Source: Mobula hypostoma (taxonomy: Eukaryota). From it: a DNA stretch of 64,000 nt. Every line of letters starts with the position of its first letter. Positions within the stretch are counted from its first letter, which is position 1. The notes beneath the pieces are model-generated. The model did not search any database. It was not told the DNA's origin and saw only the letters and a program-made list of their open reading frames with translations. The DNA is taken from contig NC_086109.1 in assembly GCF_963921235.1 (NCBI RefSeq), positions 8,372,001-8,436,000 of the forward strand, given 5' to 3'. Both the position numbers and the translations under genes were made by a program. Below are positions 42,333 to 55,989 of the stretch, in pieces.

Positions 42333-44907
42333 CTGAAGAGAGACAAAACATAAAACTTGTCATTTGAAATTAGCTGGTACCCCAGCAGAGTCAGGGGGAG
42401 ACACAAGAGATGGCGTATGTTAGAATGAGGATGAGGGGACACACGAGGATTCATTCAGCAGGTCAAGGTCTAACCTATGAAGGGAAATGAACTGTCAGTG
42501 TTTCAGATTGAGACACTTCATCTCATCTAAAACAGAAACAGTAACTCCATTGCAACTGAATGTATCGCCCTGCTTCGGCTCTGAAGTCCAAATACAGGTT
42601 TTTTTTAATATTTAGAGATACAGCACAGTAACAGGCCCTCCCGGCCTAATGAGCCCACACCACCCAATTACACCATGCGATCAACTGCTCTACTACCCCG
42701 TAGGTCTTTCAAACGTGGGGGAAACCAGAGCACCTGGCGGAAACCCACGCAGTCATGGGGAGAACCTAACAATTCTTTACAGTGACAGGAACTGAACCCA
42801 GGCCACGGCTACCACAAACACAAGAAAATCTGCAACACTCACAAAATGCTGGAGGAACTCAGCAGGCCAGGCAGCATCTATGGAAAAGAGTAAACAGTCA
42901 ACATTTCAGGCCTGATGAAGGGTCTCGGCCCGAAAGGTCGACTGTTTACTCTTTTCCATGGATGTGTTCGGCCCGCTGAGTTCCAGCAATTTGTGTGTTG
43001 CTGGGTCGCTGGAGCTCTCATAGCATTATGCTAACTGCCACACGAGCATGCCGCCCACAATATGATAGTTATCCTATATGGTTTCCATAGAGGAATTGAT
43101 GGATTAGGAAGCATTATTTATATCATGTGGGCCACAGTGGTTATAGCTTAGTCATGGTCAGGAGCAGCTGTTTAAATCTGCACAGCTTCTGCTATTAGAT
43201 GACTTTCTATAACATGAGGTGTCTTAGGAACGGAACAATCATATTACAGAAGTACCTGTATTTAGGAGTAACGGTACACATCGAAACAAAAAGCCACTGA
43301 GATTGCTTGTAGAATTAGACTACAAGACATAGAACAGAATTGGTCCATTCGGCCCATCAAGTGTGCACTGCCATTCGATCATGGCTGATTTATTTACTTC
43401 CCCTCTCAACTTCATTCTCCTGTCTTCTCCCCAAAGCCCTGACGAATTAAGTACCTATCAACCCCACAATTGATGCAATTGTTGATAGCATTGTATAAAG
43501 GCAGTCCATTATCTACACTAGGTGCCTGCACTGATTTTTTCCACTTACAGGCAATCATAAAAATGCACCAGCAACTGTAGTAATTCCTCCATCGATAACA
43601 ATTAGGAACTAACACAGTTTTATAGTACTGTGACAGTATAGGTGGTGTCCTGTTTGCTCTGTGTTTCACTTAAATACACAACTTGTTAATTAACTAGTAG
43701 TTTGTCTTTTTTAAAATATCTTTTTAACTATTTCTATGAAACTTCGGCTAATTGAGACAGTGTTTAATTGGACTGATCCTGATGTGTCCCAGTTAACCCG
43801 GATCCGCTGCGCATACTATGTACTCACCACTCTCTGGATGAAAAAGTTGCTCCTTAGGATCCTATTCAACCCCTTCCCTCTATCGATCCAGTAACTTTAA
43901 GGCCATAGTTCACAGAGACTTCAAATCCCCAAAATTCACTCCAAAACGGAGGGCTTGAGTTATGAGAAGCGACTGGATAAGATGGGCAAACAAGAGAAAA
44001 TCTGCAGATGTTGGAAATCCGAGCAATACACACAAAATGTTGGAGGAACTCAGCAGGCCAGGCAGCATCTATGGGAAAAAAGTACAGTCGATGTTTCGGG
44101 CCGAAACGGCGACTGTACTTTTTACCACAGATGCTGCCTGGCTTGCTGAGTTCCTCCAGCATTTTGTGGATAAGACGGGACTGTTTCCTCTGGAATGAAG
44201 GGGACTGAAATATGTGAACTCATGAGAGACAGAGAGATAAAGTGGACAGTCACAGCTTTTTTCCGGACAGGGTAGGGTATTCTAAAACTAGAGGGTATAG
44301 GTTTGAAGTAAGAGGTGAACAATTTAAAGGGAACTTGAGGAGCAAGATTCCCACAAAAAGGTTGCTGGATATATGGATTGAGCTGCCAGAAGTTGTTGAT
44401 CCAGGTATAATTATAACATTTAAAATACATTTAGACTGAAATATAGATTTAGAAAGGATTAGAGGAACATGGACTAGATGCTGACAAACGAGACTAGCTC
44501 AGGTAGACAACTTGGTCAGCATAGATGATTTTGACTGAAGGCCCCCCTCTTCCATGCTGCATAGCTCTAAGATTTTGTTTTTTCTCTCTCTCATACTCTC
44601 ACACAAAGATTCAGCAGTTCAGGCACCACCTATGGAGAGGAATAAATAATCAACGTCTAGGCCCAAAATATCAATTCTTTATTCCCCTCCACAGATGCTG
44701 CCTGATCTGCTGAGTTCTTCCAGCACTTTGTGTGTGTTGCTCTGGATTTCCATCTGAGCATCTGCAGAACCTCTTGTGTTTATGACTTCTCACTTTACTT
44801 CTTCCAGACAGCATTTCCCTTTTCTGTGTGCATCACCATAACCGCAACATCCTGAAGCAAAATGCAGACAGCATTCCATAATTAACATTTAGTGCAGACG
44901 TACTTAC

Positions 44908-44970
44908 GAGCAGTAATAACCATCCTCTGTGAGCGTTTGGCATAAGCTTGAATATTATCCACGTTAAAAC
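44908..44970 (-). CDS. TAF8: TAF8 coding exon 4
   Basis: 63 nt, (G)FNVDNIQAYAKRSQRMVITA|gtaagt. Confidence 0.96.
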
Positions 44971-47817
44971 CTAGAGAACAGAATTATTGTAATCAAGCAA
45001 CTATTTTCCTGATTGCTTCCACTCAAACTAACGGTTAATTCAAATCAGCAGCTAGAATATTGGTTGCAAATCTGGTTTCATTACTAGTTTCATTAAGACT
45101 TCTTAAAAAAATTAGTAGCAAGCTCTAGTCTAAAAACAGGTAATCTTAAGCATAAGACCCTAAGATAGAGGAGCAGAATTAGGCCATTTGGCCCATCGAG
45201 TATGCTCCGTTATTTCATCCATTTCCCACTCAGCTCCATTGTCCTGACTTTTCCCCAAAACCCTTCATGCCCTGACTACTCAAGAATTTATTAAAGTCTG
45301 CCTTAAGTATACCCAATGACTTGTCCTCCACACATTCACCACTCTGTAGCTAAAGCTTCACAATATTGGAGAGGTAATTCTTCACTTGGTTCCTTGCGGT
45401 TGTTATAGCTGGAGGTGATAGTGAGGATAAGCTCCCACTACCTATTCAATGCTCCCAGTGGTGTGCATCTCAAATAGCCTCAGGCCACCAAGTCCAGCTT
45501 TCCTGGCTTTCACATGTGGCTTAGCTACTAAGCCCAGCAGAACCATTTCTACTGACAGGAGAAGGGGCACAGGCGGGTTATGGCTCCTTAAAACCAGTCG
45601 CTTCGGGCAGATGGGGCTCGTCAGCTCATCAAGGAGAAGGGAAACTCTGATCTCAAACCTCTGCTGCCTTGCGGCTATACAGTACCTACACACTGAGGAA
45701 GGCTTTGGGAGTAAACCCTGAGGGAAAAATCCAGATCTGGAGTCCCTAAGGCAGTTCTACGTTGAGCTTAACAGTGATTGGCAATTCCTGTGATGCCACT
45801 ACTGCCAAACTGCATCAGTCTCAGCCGTTGCTTTGGATTCATCAGCTGCATGGAGAAGGGGAGCTACATGGGCAACAGCTTGCTCTCGATATCATACTGT
45901 CCTGGCTTGTGTATCACATAGACAGCTGGGACGCAACATCTACAGTTAACCCCAACCAAATGAGGGCCTCACTCAACTCTTCAGATTACGATTACATCAC
46001 TGCAAGGAGCAGCAGAGTGGTGAAAGCAGCCCAGTCCATCACACAAACGAACTTCGCGTTCACTCTTCTCACTGTCCTGGACTCTTTCCATCCCATCATT
46101 CTCTCTACTCTCCTTTCCTATTGGGCAGAAGATACAAAGATCTCTCCTCTCCTTTTGGGCAGAAGATACACTCACTTGTCAGAAACTTCATCTCACGTTC
46201 TTGATATGTACTGCTTATTTATTATTATTTTTCACATTGAGCTCTTTATCTCAACATTGATTGTTGTCTGCCCTGTTGGGTGTGCTATTTCATTCATTCT
46301 ATTGTGCTTCTCGTATTTACTGTGAATGCCCGCGAGAAAAGGAATCGCAGGGTTGCATATTATGAGATATATGTACTTGGATAATAAATTTACTTTGAAC
46401 AAAGATCCCTTCTCCTCTCATTTATTGGGCAGAAGATTCATGATTGTTTGATGTCATTTCCTGACATGTAAAGGAGAACTAAACAATTGTTACTCTGATC
46501 TAATGCAGCATAAAGAAGAAACACAGTAAAATAAAGAACACTACAACAAATAAAACACAATGAATATTAATACATAAGATAGCTTATATACATAGATTGA
46601 CTATATGTCCATAAAGTGATGCTTGGCACAGGAGCTTCTGGACAAAAGCCTGACTGCAAGTATCCCCAGACTCAAGAACAGATTCCATCTCTGTAATCAG
46701 ACTCTTAAAAAGATCTCTCGTGCGCTAAAAGATGAACTCTTGACCTCCCGGTATGGACATGGTTTAACAATTCAATTTCACAGGTGTCTTGATAGGACAA
46801 AAACTAATCTTTCGCTCGATTCTGAGCATTATCATTACCTTTTAGATTATAATTAGCTTCCATTCCGTTAATAATCTATGAAGGCCAGTTCCAGCATGTT
46901 TCAAGATTCACTTAAAAGGCACTGTAATACTTTGGAGACAAGAGATTATGGAAGTTTAAACCAAGCTACAAGTGGAACACAGGTCAGGCAGAAGGTGGGA
47001 AATGGAACGTGGACAAAGCGTCCACAGCCTCATTGCTCAAGTGGAGAATGAAATATTTTCATTTATTATATTTTCTACTGAGTGTTCATACTTTTTTTTA
47101 AGTTCCTGTGTGGGACATGGTTAACACTAGCTTGCAGGCAGTTACTGCCAATCCCAGTTGCCCTTGGGAAAGTAATGGTGAGGTGCCTTCTTGATCTTTT
47201 AATCGAACTTTGCTCTGACAAATTTATTTGAATTTTAACCCACACTACTGTGGGGATCCTGACGGACACAATATGGTGCAAAAACAAACTGCTGGAGGAA
47301 CTCAACGGGTCAGGCAGCATCTGTGGAAGGAAACGACAGTCAATGTTTCAGTTCACGACCCTATACCTGAACCTTATCTCCACAGATGCTGCCTGAACCT
47401 GTGATTCCTTCAGATTCCAGAATCTGCAGCCTCTCATGTCACCAAACACAATATAGTGCTGGATGAAATCTCCCTCCCCCTCTCTCTTTCTCGGAAGCTT
47501 CAAATCTCAACATCAACTGGAGCGAGACCAAATATCATAGCAATGACAATACAATGATGCCAGGGGCAACAGTTCCTCCTCACCTATTCTATTTTTAAAT
47601 GAAGTAGTAACAGCTGTGGTACATTAGGTCTAATATTGAAAGAGGCTGATTCCACTTTACTAACAAACAGAGCATTACCTTGTTTCCTCATTGCAAACCA
47701 AAATCAGCCACAGATGGTGACTGTCACCTTCAGGTCCAGCCGCTGAAACTCTGCCTCCGGATAGTTTCAGCAGGCACTAAATTTAACGACGCGGCTCAAA
47801 AGCAAATGACTACCTAC

Positions 47818-47916
47818 CCATTTCTGCCAGAGTAACCACCACATCTGACAAAGTTGGTTGGGTTCTTGCTGAATGTTCACAGTAGACTTTAGCACTTCGA
47901 CCGATTTCAGAAAGAT
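47818..47916 (-). CDS. TAF8: TAF8 coding exon 3 (histone fold)
   Basis: 99 nt, (Y)LSEIGRSAKVYCEHSARTQPTLSDVVVTLAEM, AG/GT flanked. Confidence 0.97.
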
Positions 47917-47999
47917 CTGCGTGGAGAAAACAGACTCTGTTGAAAGGATCACACTGTTATACATTTCTCCAGTTCTCTGTAAAGTAATATTTATAACAT

Positions 48000-48775
48000 A
48001 TAGAACACCCAGCACAGTAGACCCTCTGGCCCACAATGTTGTTCAGCCTTTTAACCTACTTCAAAATTAATCTAACCTTTCCCTTTCACATAGCCCTCTT
48101 TTTTTTCTTTCATCCATGCGCATAAGAGTCTCTTCATTGTCCCTACTATATCTGCCTCTATAACCACCCCTGGCAGCACATTCCACATATCCACCATTCT
48201 CTCAAAACCTTCCTCTGACATCTTCCCTATAGCTTTTTCCAATTACCTTGAAATCATGCCCCCTCATATTAGCCATTTCGCCCTGGGAAAAAGTCTGGCA
48301 GGCCAGTCAAGTCATGGCTATTATCTTATACTTCTCTATTAACTCTCCTCTCATTCTCCTTCACTCCAAAAAGAAAAGCCCTCCAGCTTGTTCAACCTAT
48401 CCTTATAAGGCATACTCTCTAATCCAGGCAACATCCTGGTAAGTCTCCTCTGCAGCTTCTCCAAAGTTTCCACATCCTTCCTATACTGAGGCAACCAGAA
48501 CCGAATACAATATTCCAAGTGTGGCCTAAACAGGATTTTATCGAGCTGCAACATTACCTCACGGCTCTTGAACTCAATCCCCTGACTAATAAATGACAAA
48601 GCACTATACACCTCCTTAACCACCCTATCAACCTGCGCGGCAACTTTGAGGAATCTATGGACATGGACCACAATAATCGCACTGTTCCTCCACACTACTA
48701 AGAATCCTACCATTAGCCTTGTCTTCTGCCTTCAAGTTTGACCTTCCAAAGTATATCATTTCATACTTTTTCAGA
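48000..48775 (-). mobile_element. CR1-type LINE 3' fragment
   Basis: RPHLEYCIRFWLPQYRKDVETLEKLQRRLTRMLPGL. Further CR1 pieces at ~600-1020, 2640-2930, 8335-8730, 21070-22000, 39610-39890, 43950-44560. Confidence 0.85.
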
Positions 48776-49428
48776 TTTTTGTTAGTAAAAATGTACAGAA
48801 ATAATTACATAATATGAACTTTAACTATAGTTAACTTTCCAATTATTGCTCAGATATGGAAAAAAAATTCCCTTCCCATTTCCTTTCTTTCAGGAAAAAT
48901 AATGTTATTTATGTTATAATTATTTGCCATGTTTCCGAATGACTACCTTGGTATATTTAGTGTAGTCTTCTCTCAGATTCAGATTCACTCATTTATCACG
49001 TGGCCTATCTCTGTTCCTATAGTCTATCGTCTTTCCCAAAAGTCCCCATCTTCCTTAATTGTCTTGCATGGAAACATACAGCGAAATGTGTCGTTTGCAT
49101 TAATGATCAACACAAGCCAAGGATGTGCTTGGAGGGGGGGAGACAGCCTGCAAACGTCACCACACACTTTGGCATCAACATAGCATGCCCACAATGCTTG
49201 GCAGAACACAAACAACAAAATGAACCCTTTTCCCACCCATTTACTCACACACATCAACGGGCCTCTCACTCCAATGGAGCACTTCAACTCAGGTAGCAAT
49301 TTAGCACTCTGCGCTGACAAACAACCCTCAGAACAAGTCTGGGAACTGAGACAACCTAGAAAGAATGAACGACCGCTGTCTATTTAAAATAAAGTGACCA
49401 ATATTAAATGAAGCCAAATATTTCTTAC

Positions 49429-49588
49429 AACTCTGCAGCATTTCAGTCAGCGTTTCAACAGCAGCCTTTTCAGCCGCTTCAAAGCCAGCTTCTGTTAGCA
49501 GTGAACTGACCACCACCTGCAGTGTCCGTCTTCGGGCCAGGTAATAGTTATCCGAGGCAGATGTCGACACTTTGGAACTCGATGACTT
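49429..49588 (-). CDS. TAF8: TAF8 coding exon 2 (histone fold start)
   Basis: ttttcag|AAG, phase 0, 160 nt. Encodes KSSSSKVSTSASDNYYLARRRTLQVVVSSLLTEAGFEAAEKAAVETLTEMLQS; no in-frame ATG before the histone fold. Confidence 0.97.
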
Positions 49589-49665
49589 CTGAAAATTAAC
49601 GCACAGAGAAACACTTCGTTGTCATCGTGTTCTCCTGAAAATTAGACACAACTTACGTTTAATTG

Positions 49666-49882
49666 AAGCAACACACATCAAAGTTGCTGGTGAACGCAGC
49701 AGGCCAAGCAGCATCTATAGGAAGAGGCGCAGTCGACGTTTCAGGCCGAGACCCTTCAGTTAGTGTCTCGGCCTGAAACGTCGACTGCGCCTCTTCCTAT
49801 AGATGCTGCTTGGCCTGCTGCGTTCACCAGCAACTTTGATGTGTGTTGCTTGAATTTCCAGCATCTGCAGAATTCCTGTTGT
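49666..49882. repeat. Penelope-derived hairpin element (perfect 87-bp inverted repeat)
   Basis: Arms 49666-49752 and 49765-49851 are exact reverse complements; 14-bp TSD TTACGTTTAATTGA. Confidence 0.9.
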
Positions 49883-51513
49883 TTACGTTTAATTGATGTT
49901 TTTCTTGTGAACGCTGCTGATCTAACGCTCTGTGCCTGTGATGCTGCTGCCAGTAAGTTTTTCACTGCACCTGCGCAGACACGCTTACTTATTTAGAGTC
50001 GCAGCGTGGAAAAGGTCCTTCCAGCCCTTCGAGACACAACATCAAGTGACTCCCGACAACACCCAATTTAATCTTAACCTAATCACAGGACAATATACAA
50101 TGACCAATTAACCAAAGATCAAAGACTGTGGGGTGGAAACAGGAGCACATGGAGAAACCCCACGTACTCCACAGGGAGGACGAACAGACTCCTTGCAGAG
50201 GATGCCTGGATTGAATTCCAAACTCCAATTGCAACAACATAACGCGACTGGGGCACACATACTTGTGCATCTGATAATAAACTCGAGTTTGACTTCAATC
50301 ATCATCATTGCGTGCCATGTCGTTATGACGTGGGCGATCATGGACTTATCCATGACCTTGATTGTGACCATGGTTATCCATTATCAATACTCTTCAGGGA
50401 TTGTCTGCCTGGCATCAGTGGTCACATAACCAGGACTTGTGATCTGCACCAGCTGCTTGTACGACCATCCACCACCTGCTCCCACGGCTTCACATGACCC
50501 TGATCGGGGGGCTAAGCAGGCGCCACACCTTGCCCAAGGATGAACTGCAGGCTAGCGGATGGAAGGAGTGCCTTACACCTCCTTTGGTAGAGACATATCT
50601 CCACCCCGCCACCCATTTGCATCAATAGGGAGGGAAATTACTATTTAAGGTCAGAAAGCTTTTGAACAATCTAATGAGAAAAGTCATTTCTTTCCCCAAA
50701 TGGGCTGTGAGAAAAGACAAATTAAAGACACCAAAGTAATTTAGGCCCACTGACCGCAAGACTAGAAATGGATTTGACCAACTTTGGAAATCTGAGCTGC
50801 CTTCATTTAGATTGAGCTCTGATGCAGGGTTTTGACCCGAAATGTCGTCTAATTCCTTTCCTCCCACAGATACTGTTCAACCTACCGTGTTCCTCCAGCA
50901 GATTACCACCATCAAAGACACCAGTGCTTCAAGAAGGTGGCCTCCATCATGAAGGACCCCCACCACCCAGGACATGCCCCTTTCTCGTTACTACCATCAT
51001 GGAGAGGATACAGGAGCCTAAAGACCCACACACAATGTTTTAGGAAGAGTTTCCTCCCTTCTGCCATCAGTTTTCCAAATAGACCATGAACCCTACCCCA
51101 CTATTTTGACCTCTTTTTGCACCACTTTAGTTTAATTTTATAATATATATTTCTTATTGTAATTTATATTTTTCTTATGTATCACAATTTATTGCTGCCA
51201 CATAACAAATTTCACGACATTCACCAGTGATAATAAACCTGATTCATGATCTCTACCTTATTAATTTGCTTTCTTTTTTCATGACTTTTTTTATTATTTC
51301 TTATCATAACTTAGTGATTATTTTTCTTAATGTATTGCACTGTGCTGCTGCCCAACATTCCCTCTGCTTTTTCATAGCTGCAGGGGCCACCCATTGCTCT
51401 GAGCAGGAAATTTTTAAACAGCCTGAAAACTGCATGGGCACTTTAAATGTTCTTTTGTAATATGCATTTGAATATTTAGAATGAAAACTGAAAAAAATCA
51501 AGTACTTTCGATG

Positions 51514-51736
51514 CAAACAACAGGAATTCTGCAGATGCTGGAAATTCAAGCAACATACATCAAAGTTGCTGGTGAACGCAGCAGGCCAAGCAGCATCTGT
51601 AGGAAGAGGTGCAGTCGACGTTTCAGGCCGAGACCCTAACCGTTAGTCCTGACGAAGGGTCTCGGCCTGAAACATCGACTGCGCCTCTTCCTATAGATGC
51701 TGCTTGGCTTGCTGTGTTCACCAGCAACTTTGAAGT
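51514..51736. repeat. Penelope-derived hairpin element, same subfamily
   Basis: Inverted arms; 14-bp TSD AAGTACTTTCGATG (51500-51513, 51737-51750); CTGACGA...GAAAC at 51649-51673. Confidence 0.9.
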
Positions 51737-52482
51737 AAGTACTTTCGATGTTATTATTTGATGGGTATAATAAAATACATATCACAAAGAAAATCTTTCA
51801 TGCTTCGTAAACTTTTTCCTGCTTGTCTTATATAAAAGAAAACTCCAGCTGCGTGGCAACAAAGGCTAGGTGCGCAGGAGCATTTCAGTTACTGCACGGC
51901 CGCACACCCATGCATCTTACAGAGAACATTTCTACTGCCATAAATATTGCTACGGTGCCTAAGATTTTTGCACAGTGCTGTAACTTCAGTTTACTGCTTG
52001 CAATTTACAATTTATATTAAGAACTGAAGATGAGTTCTTGTTTCAATTAATATTTGGTATATTCACATACATCAAAAATATTCCTGAACAAGCTTAAAAG
52101 GCATCAAGCTCATCAGAGAGAAAACCTCATTGATATTTACATTACTGTGCAAAAGTCTTAGGCACATATATATAGCTATGGTGGCTAAGACTTTTGCACA
52201 GTACTGCATATTGGTGATAATAAACCTGCTTCAGAGATTGCTTGTTGGTGGTGATGCAGTTCCAGTCGCTGCCACCACGTGGGGTACAATCAAGAAGAAG
52301 CCTTTACAAAATATTTATTGTTCATTTGTTTGTTTGTTTGGAAATAAAGTGTTGAGGAGGCCCCTCTGGGCCACCAAGCCGCACTGCCCTGCAACCTACA
52401 GATTTAACCCTAGCTCAATCACGGGACGATTTACAATGACCAATTAATCTACCAAACCAGTACGTGTTTGGGCTGTGGGAGG

Positions 52483-52484
<2 letters not shown>

Positions 52485-52514
<30 letters not shown>
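52485..52514. repeat. (AC)15 microsatellite
   Basis: Directly visible in the sequence. Confidence 0.95.
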
Positions 52515-52516
<2 letters not shown>

Positions 52517-52583
52517 ATCAATAACAGACAAAAGATCAATACATTCAGCATTCAACCTGCCATCGTTGCAACAGTTACGTTAC

Positions 52584-52661
52584 CTGTGTAACATTCTCCA
52601 CTGAGACTCTGCAAGTTGCATCAGTGGGTGTGTACGTATCAGAGACAGTAGCTGTAGTCAT
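52584..52661 (-). CDS. Probable TAF8 first coding exon (whole exon 52584-52681), paralogous to MDM4 exon 2
   Basis: atttcag| 20 nt UTR, CCAAAATG at 52661, 26 codons MTTATVSDTYTPTDATCRVSVENVTQ|gtaacg, phase 0 and in frame with the TAF8 exon at 49588. 12/26 aa and 51/78 nt identical to 23937-24014. Confidence 0.8.
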
Positions 52662-53144
52662 TTTGGCAACTGGATGGGTATCTGAAATAAAAAGTACTAA
52701 CAGTTAATAACTTTAGATTTGAAAGTATCAGATTCAGATTTATTTATCACCTATACATCGAAACATAGGAGTGAAACGCATCGTTTGCATGAAGCACTAA
52801 CACAACCTAAAGGTGAGCAGGGGGCAGTCCACAGGGGTCACCACACATCCTGGCACAGACGTAACATGCCCACATTGTTCAGCGGAATAACACAAACGAC
52901 AAACATCAGCAACAAAACAACAGCAAAACAAGCCCCCATCCCAGTCACACACAAAAACTGGCCTCTAACTCCTGGACAGGTCAGCTCCAGGCTTGCAGCC
53001 CCTGGCCCGGAGTCAGAGGCATTGGGCCTCTGTCCTCTGGACAAGCCCAATCAGGGCTTCACCTTGCAGGCTCCTGCCCCCGGACTCACTGATTTCAGTC
53101 TTCATCCTTCGGGCTCAGACAAAGCGACCGAAACAGAAGCTTGA

Positions 53145-53797
53145 AGAGAAGATGGCGGCGCGACACAGCGCATGGCCTCTCCGGTGATGAATATCTGTCA
53201 AGTAGGATGCTGTGCACAATCCTGATTTGATGGAGGCAGACGTGAGAGCACAGAGGAACATCTGGTGAAACTTCTGAAATGCCTGTTTCGCTGCCGCTGC
53301 TACTGTGCGATCCAGAATCTCCGGAGGGGAACGCCCTGAATCCTCGGCTTTGCTTGTTGCTTGGCGGCCGGGGCCGGGGTTGAAGCACTTGGCAGAGATG
53401 GTGGTCGGTGTCGGAGGGCTGGTCGGATGCTCGAAGTTTTCGGACGGACTCAGAGTCAGCTGTAGTCGGGTGCTTCCAGGGTGCTGCATCGGCAAGTTTG
53501 TGGCGCTGGAAGCTCATGGCAGGGAGAGTTTTCTTCCTTCTACTGTCTGCGTGAGATGATGGGGCTATCGGGACTTGAGACTTTTTTTACCGTGCCCATG
53601 GTCTGCTCTTCATCAAATTACAGTATTGCTTTGCACTGTTATAAAAATGTTATAATTATGTGGTTTTTGTCGGTTTTAGTCTTGGTCTGTCTTATGTTTC
53701 TGTGATATCACACTGGAGAAACATTGTATCATTTCCTAATGCATGCATTACTAAATGACTATAAACGAGGAGTGAGTGTCCTCATAATCTAATCTAA
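53145..53797 (+). mobile_element. CpG-rich retroposon with (AATCT)n tail
   Basis: Starts AAGATGGCGGCG and ends in the same AATCT tandem tail as the Rex-type element ending at ~3956. Confidence 0.55.
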
Positions 53798-55989
53798 TAG
53801 TTGAGAGTCTTGGTCATGAGCTGCATCCTTCAAATCAACCGTTTTCTGAAATGGGAGAGTTGACCACGCCACCCCCCACCCCCCACAGGTCACCAGCATT
53901 GGCAATCAGGCAAATCTCGAAGCAGAGGCCTGAAGGTCAAACCCATGATGGTCGAGTCCCTGGGATTGATGGCCAGAGGTCGCGGAAGTCGGGAATCCCG
54001 ATGTCTGCAAGCCTGAGAGTATGGGGCCCAGGACTGGGGACCCAGAGACGGCCTATCCTGTGACTGGGGGCCTGTCTCTGTTGGTGGGTGGGTGGGAAAG
54101 GCCAGTGTCACTGGTTAATCTGTTATGTACCTTACAATATTTAATATTAATGCACTTTAGCTTGTTATTCATGTGTGATTTCATCCTTACTTTCATAACT
54201 TATTATGTATTACTAATGTGCTTTACAGTCTGGTCTGGAGAAATGTCTCGTTTCTATATATATTATATATACGTATGTAATTTAATGACAATAAACTTCA
54301 CTTGACGTGACATTTGACTTGAATGCATAGCGACACTTGCGGGTTGTTAACGTGAAAGATGCATTTCACTGTATGTTTCAGTATACATGTAATAAATTAT
54401 CCTTACTCTGAGAGAAGGCTGCGCTGCATTGGAAGACCCATTCTGACAGTTACAAAGATCGCATGTTACAATCTCAGAGGGTAGAGATGGGGACACAGTG
54501 GTCAATTTAGATATTCACCCTTGATATAAGAAAGATATACAACTCTGTGCAAAAGTCTAAGGCACATATGCATGACTAGGGTGCCTAAGATTTTTCCACA
54601 GTACCATATCTGTCAAAATGGAGCAGAGAGCAAGTTTGTAAATCTGGCGGGAGCAAAGGACGTTGGGAATGGTGAGGGTCGAGCATTGTGGGATGGTTTT
54701 GGGACAGGTGGCAGAGAAGGAGTGCCAGGGGCAGGGGGTGGCATGGGTGCAGACACACACAGCCCTGAGACTCCAGGCAAGATCATTTGATTCCAAACAA
54801 TTGGTCTATTGATCATTACAGAATGTCTCTCTGGTGCTTCCCTCTCCCTACCCATGATTCCCCTTTCCCTGCCCCATCCCACTCTCAGTGCACAATAGAG
54901 ACCCATATCAGAATCAGGTCTATCATCATCACATGCGTCATGAAATTTGTTTTCTCTTGTGGCTGCAGTACAGTGCAATACATGAAATTACTACAGTACT
55001 GGGCAAAAGTCTTAGGCATCCTAGATACTTTTTGCATAGTACTGTATTTTGGATTATAGGGAGCCTAGGGTTATGGGGATTTGATTGCAATTAGCTTAAT
55101 ACTTTACAGTGCCAGCGACTGGGTTCAAATCAACCGCTGTCCGTACGTTCTCCCCGTGACCTTGTGTGTTTGCTCTGGGGGCCCCGGTTTCCTCCCACAG
55201 TCCAAAGACGTACAGGTTAGGTTTAGGGAGTTTGGGCACACTGTGCTGGCACCAAAGGCATGGCGGCATGGAAGCCATGGAGAGCATTCTAACTGGCTCC
55301 ATCACCCTCTGGTACGGAGAGGGGAGCACAAAAAGCACGCGATCGAAATAAGCCGCAGAGTTGTAAACTCGATCAGCTCCTCCACGGGCACTAGCCTCCC
55401 CAGCATCCGGGATGTCTTCAAGGAATGATGCCTCAAAAGGGCTGCATCCATCATTAAGGACCCCCATCACCCAGGGCATACTCTTTCTCACTGCTACCAT
55501 CAGGAAGGAGGTACAGGAGCCTGAAGGCACACACTCAGTGATTCAGGAACAGTTTCTTCCCCTCTGCCATCCGATTTCCAAATGGACCACTACCTCACTA
55601 CTTTTTGCACTACCTATTTAAGTTAACTTTTTTTATATTGACATACTTACTGTAATGTACAGTTTTTGTTCTGTATTGCAATGTGCTGCAGCCACTTAAC
55701 AGACTTCACGGCACATGCCGGTGATATTAAACATGATTCTGACACTTGCGAGCCTGTCCCCAGCACATCCTCGGACTGTGTTGCTCATTGAGGCAAACAA
55801 CGCATTTCACCGCTTGTTTTGATGTACACCTGACAAGCAAAGCTAATCTTAGAAATACATCATCGCTGGGTCTAATCCTCTTCCCAATACAGTAGCACTG
55901 TGGAGAACACCTTCACCAGGTTTTCAGTGTCCCCCTCCCCCACCTTCTCATGGGATGGATAATAAACAGCGGCCTTGCCTGTAAAACCC

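Noticed and set aside
53095..53560. CpG-rich stretch with AAGATGGCGGCG and several ORFs, a possible gene start or TAF8 exon 1
   Set aside because: The ATG is on the opposite strand to TAF8, there is no recognisable protein, and the segment ends in a retroposon-type (AATCT)n tail.
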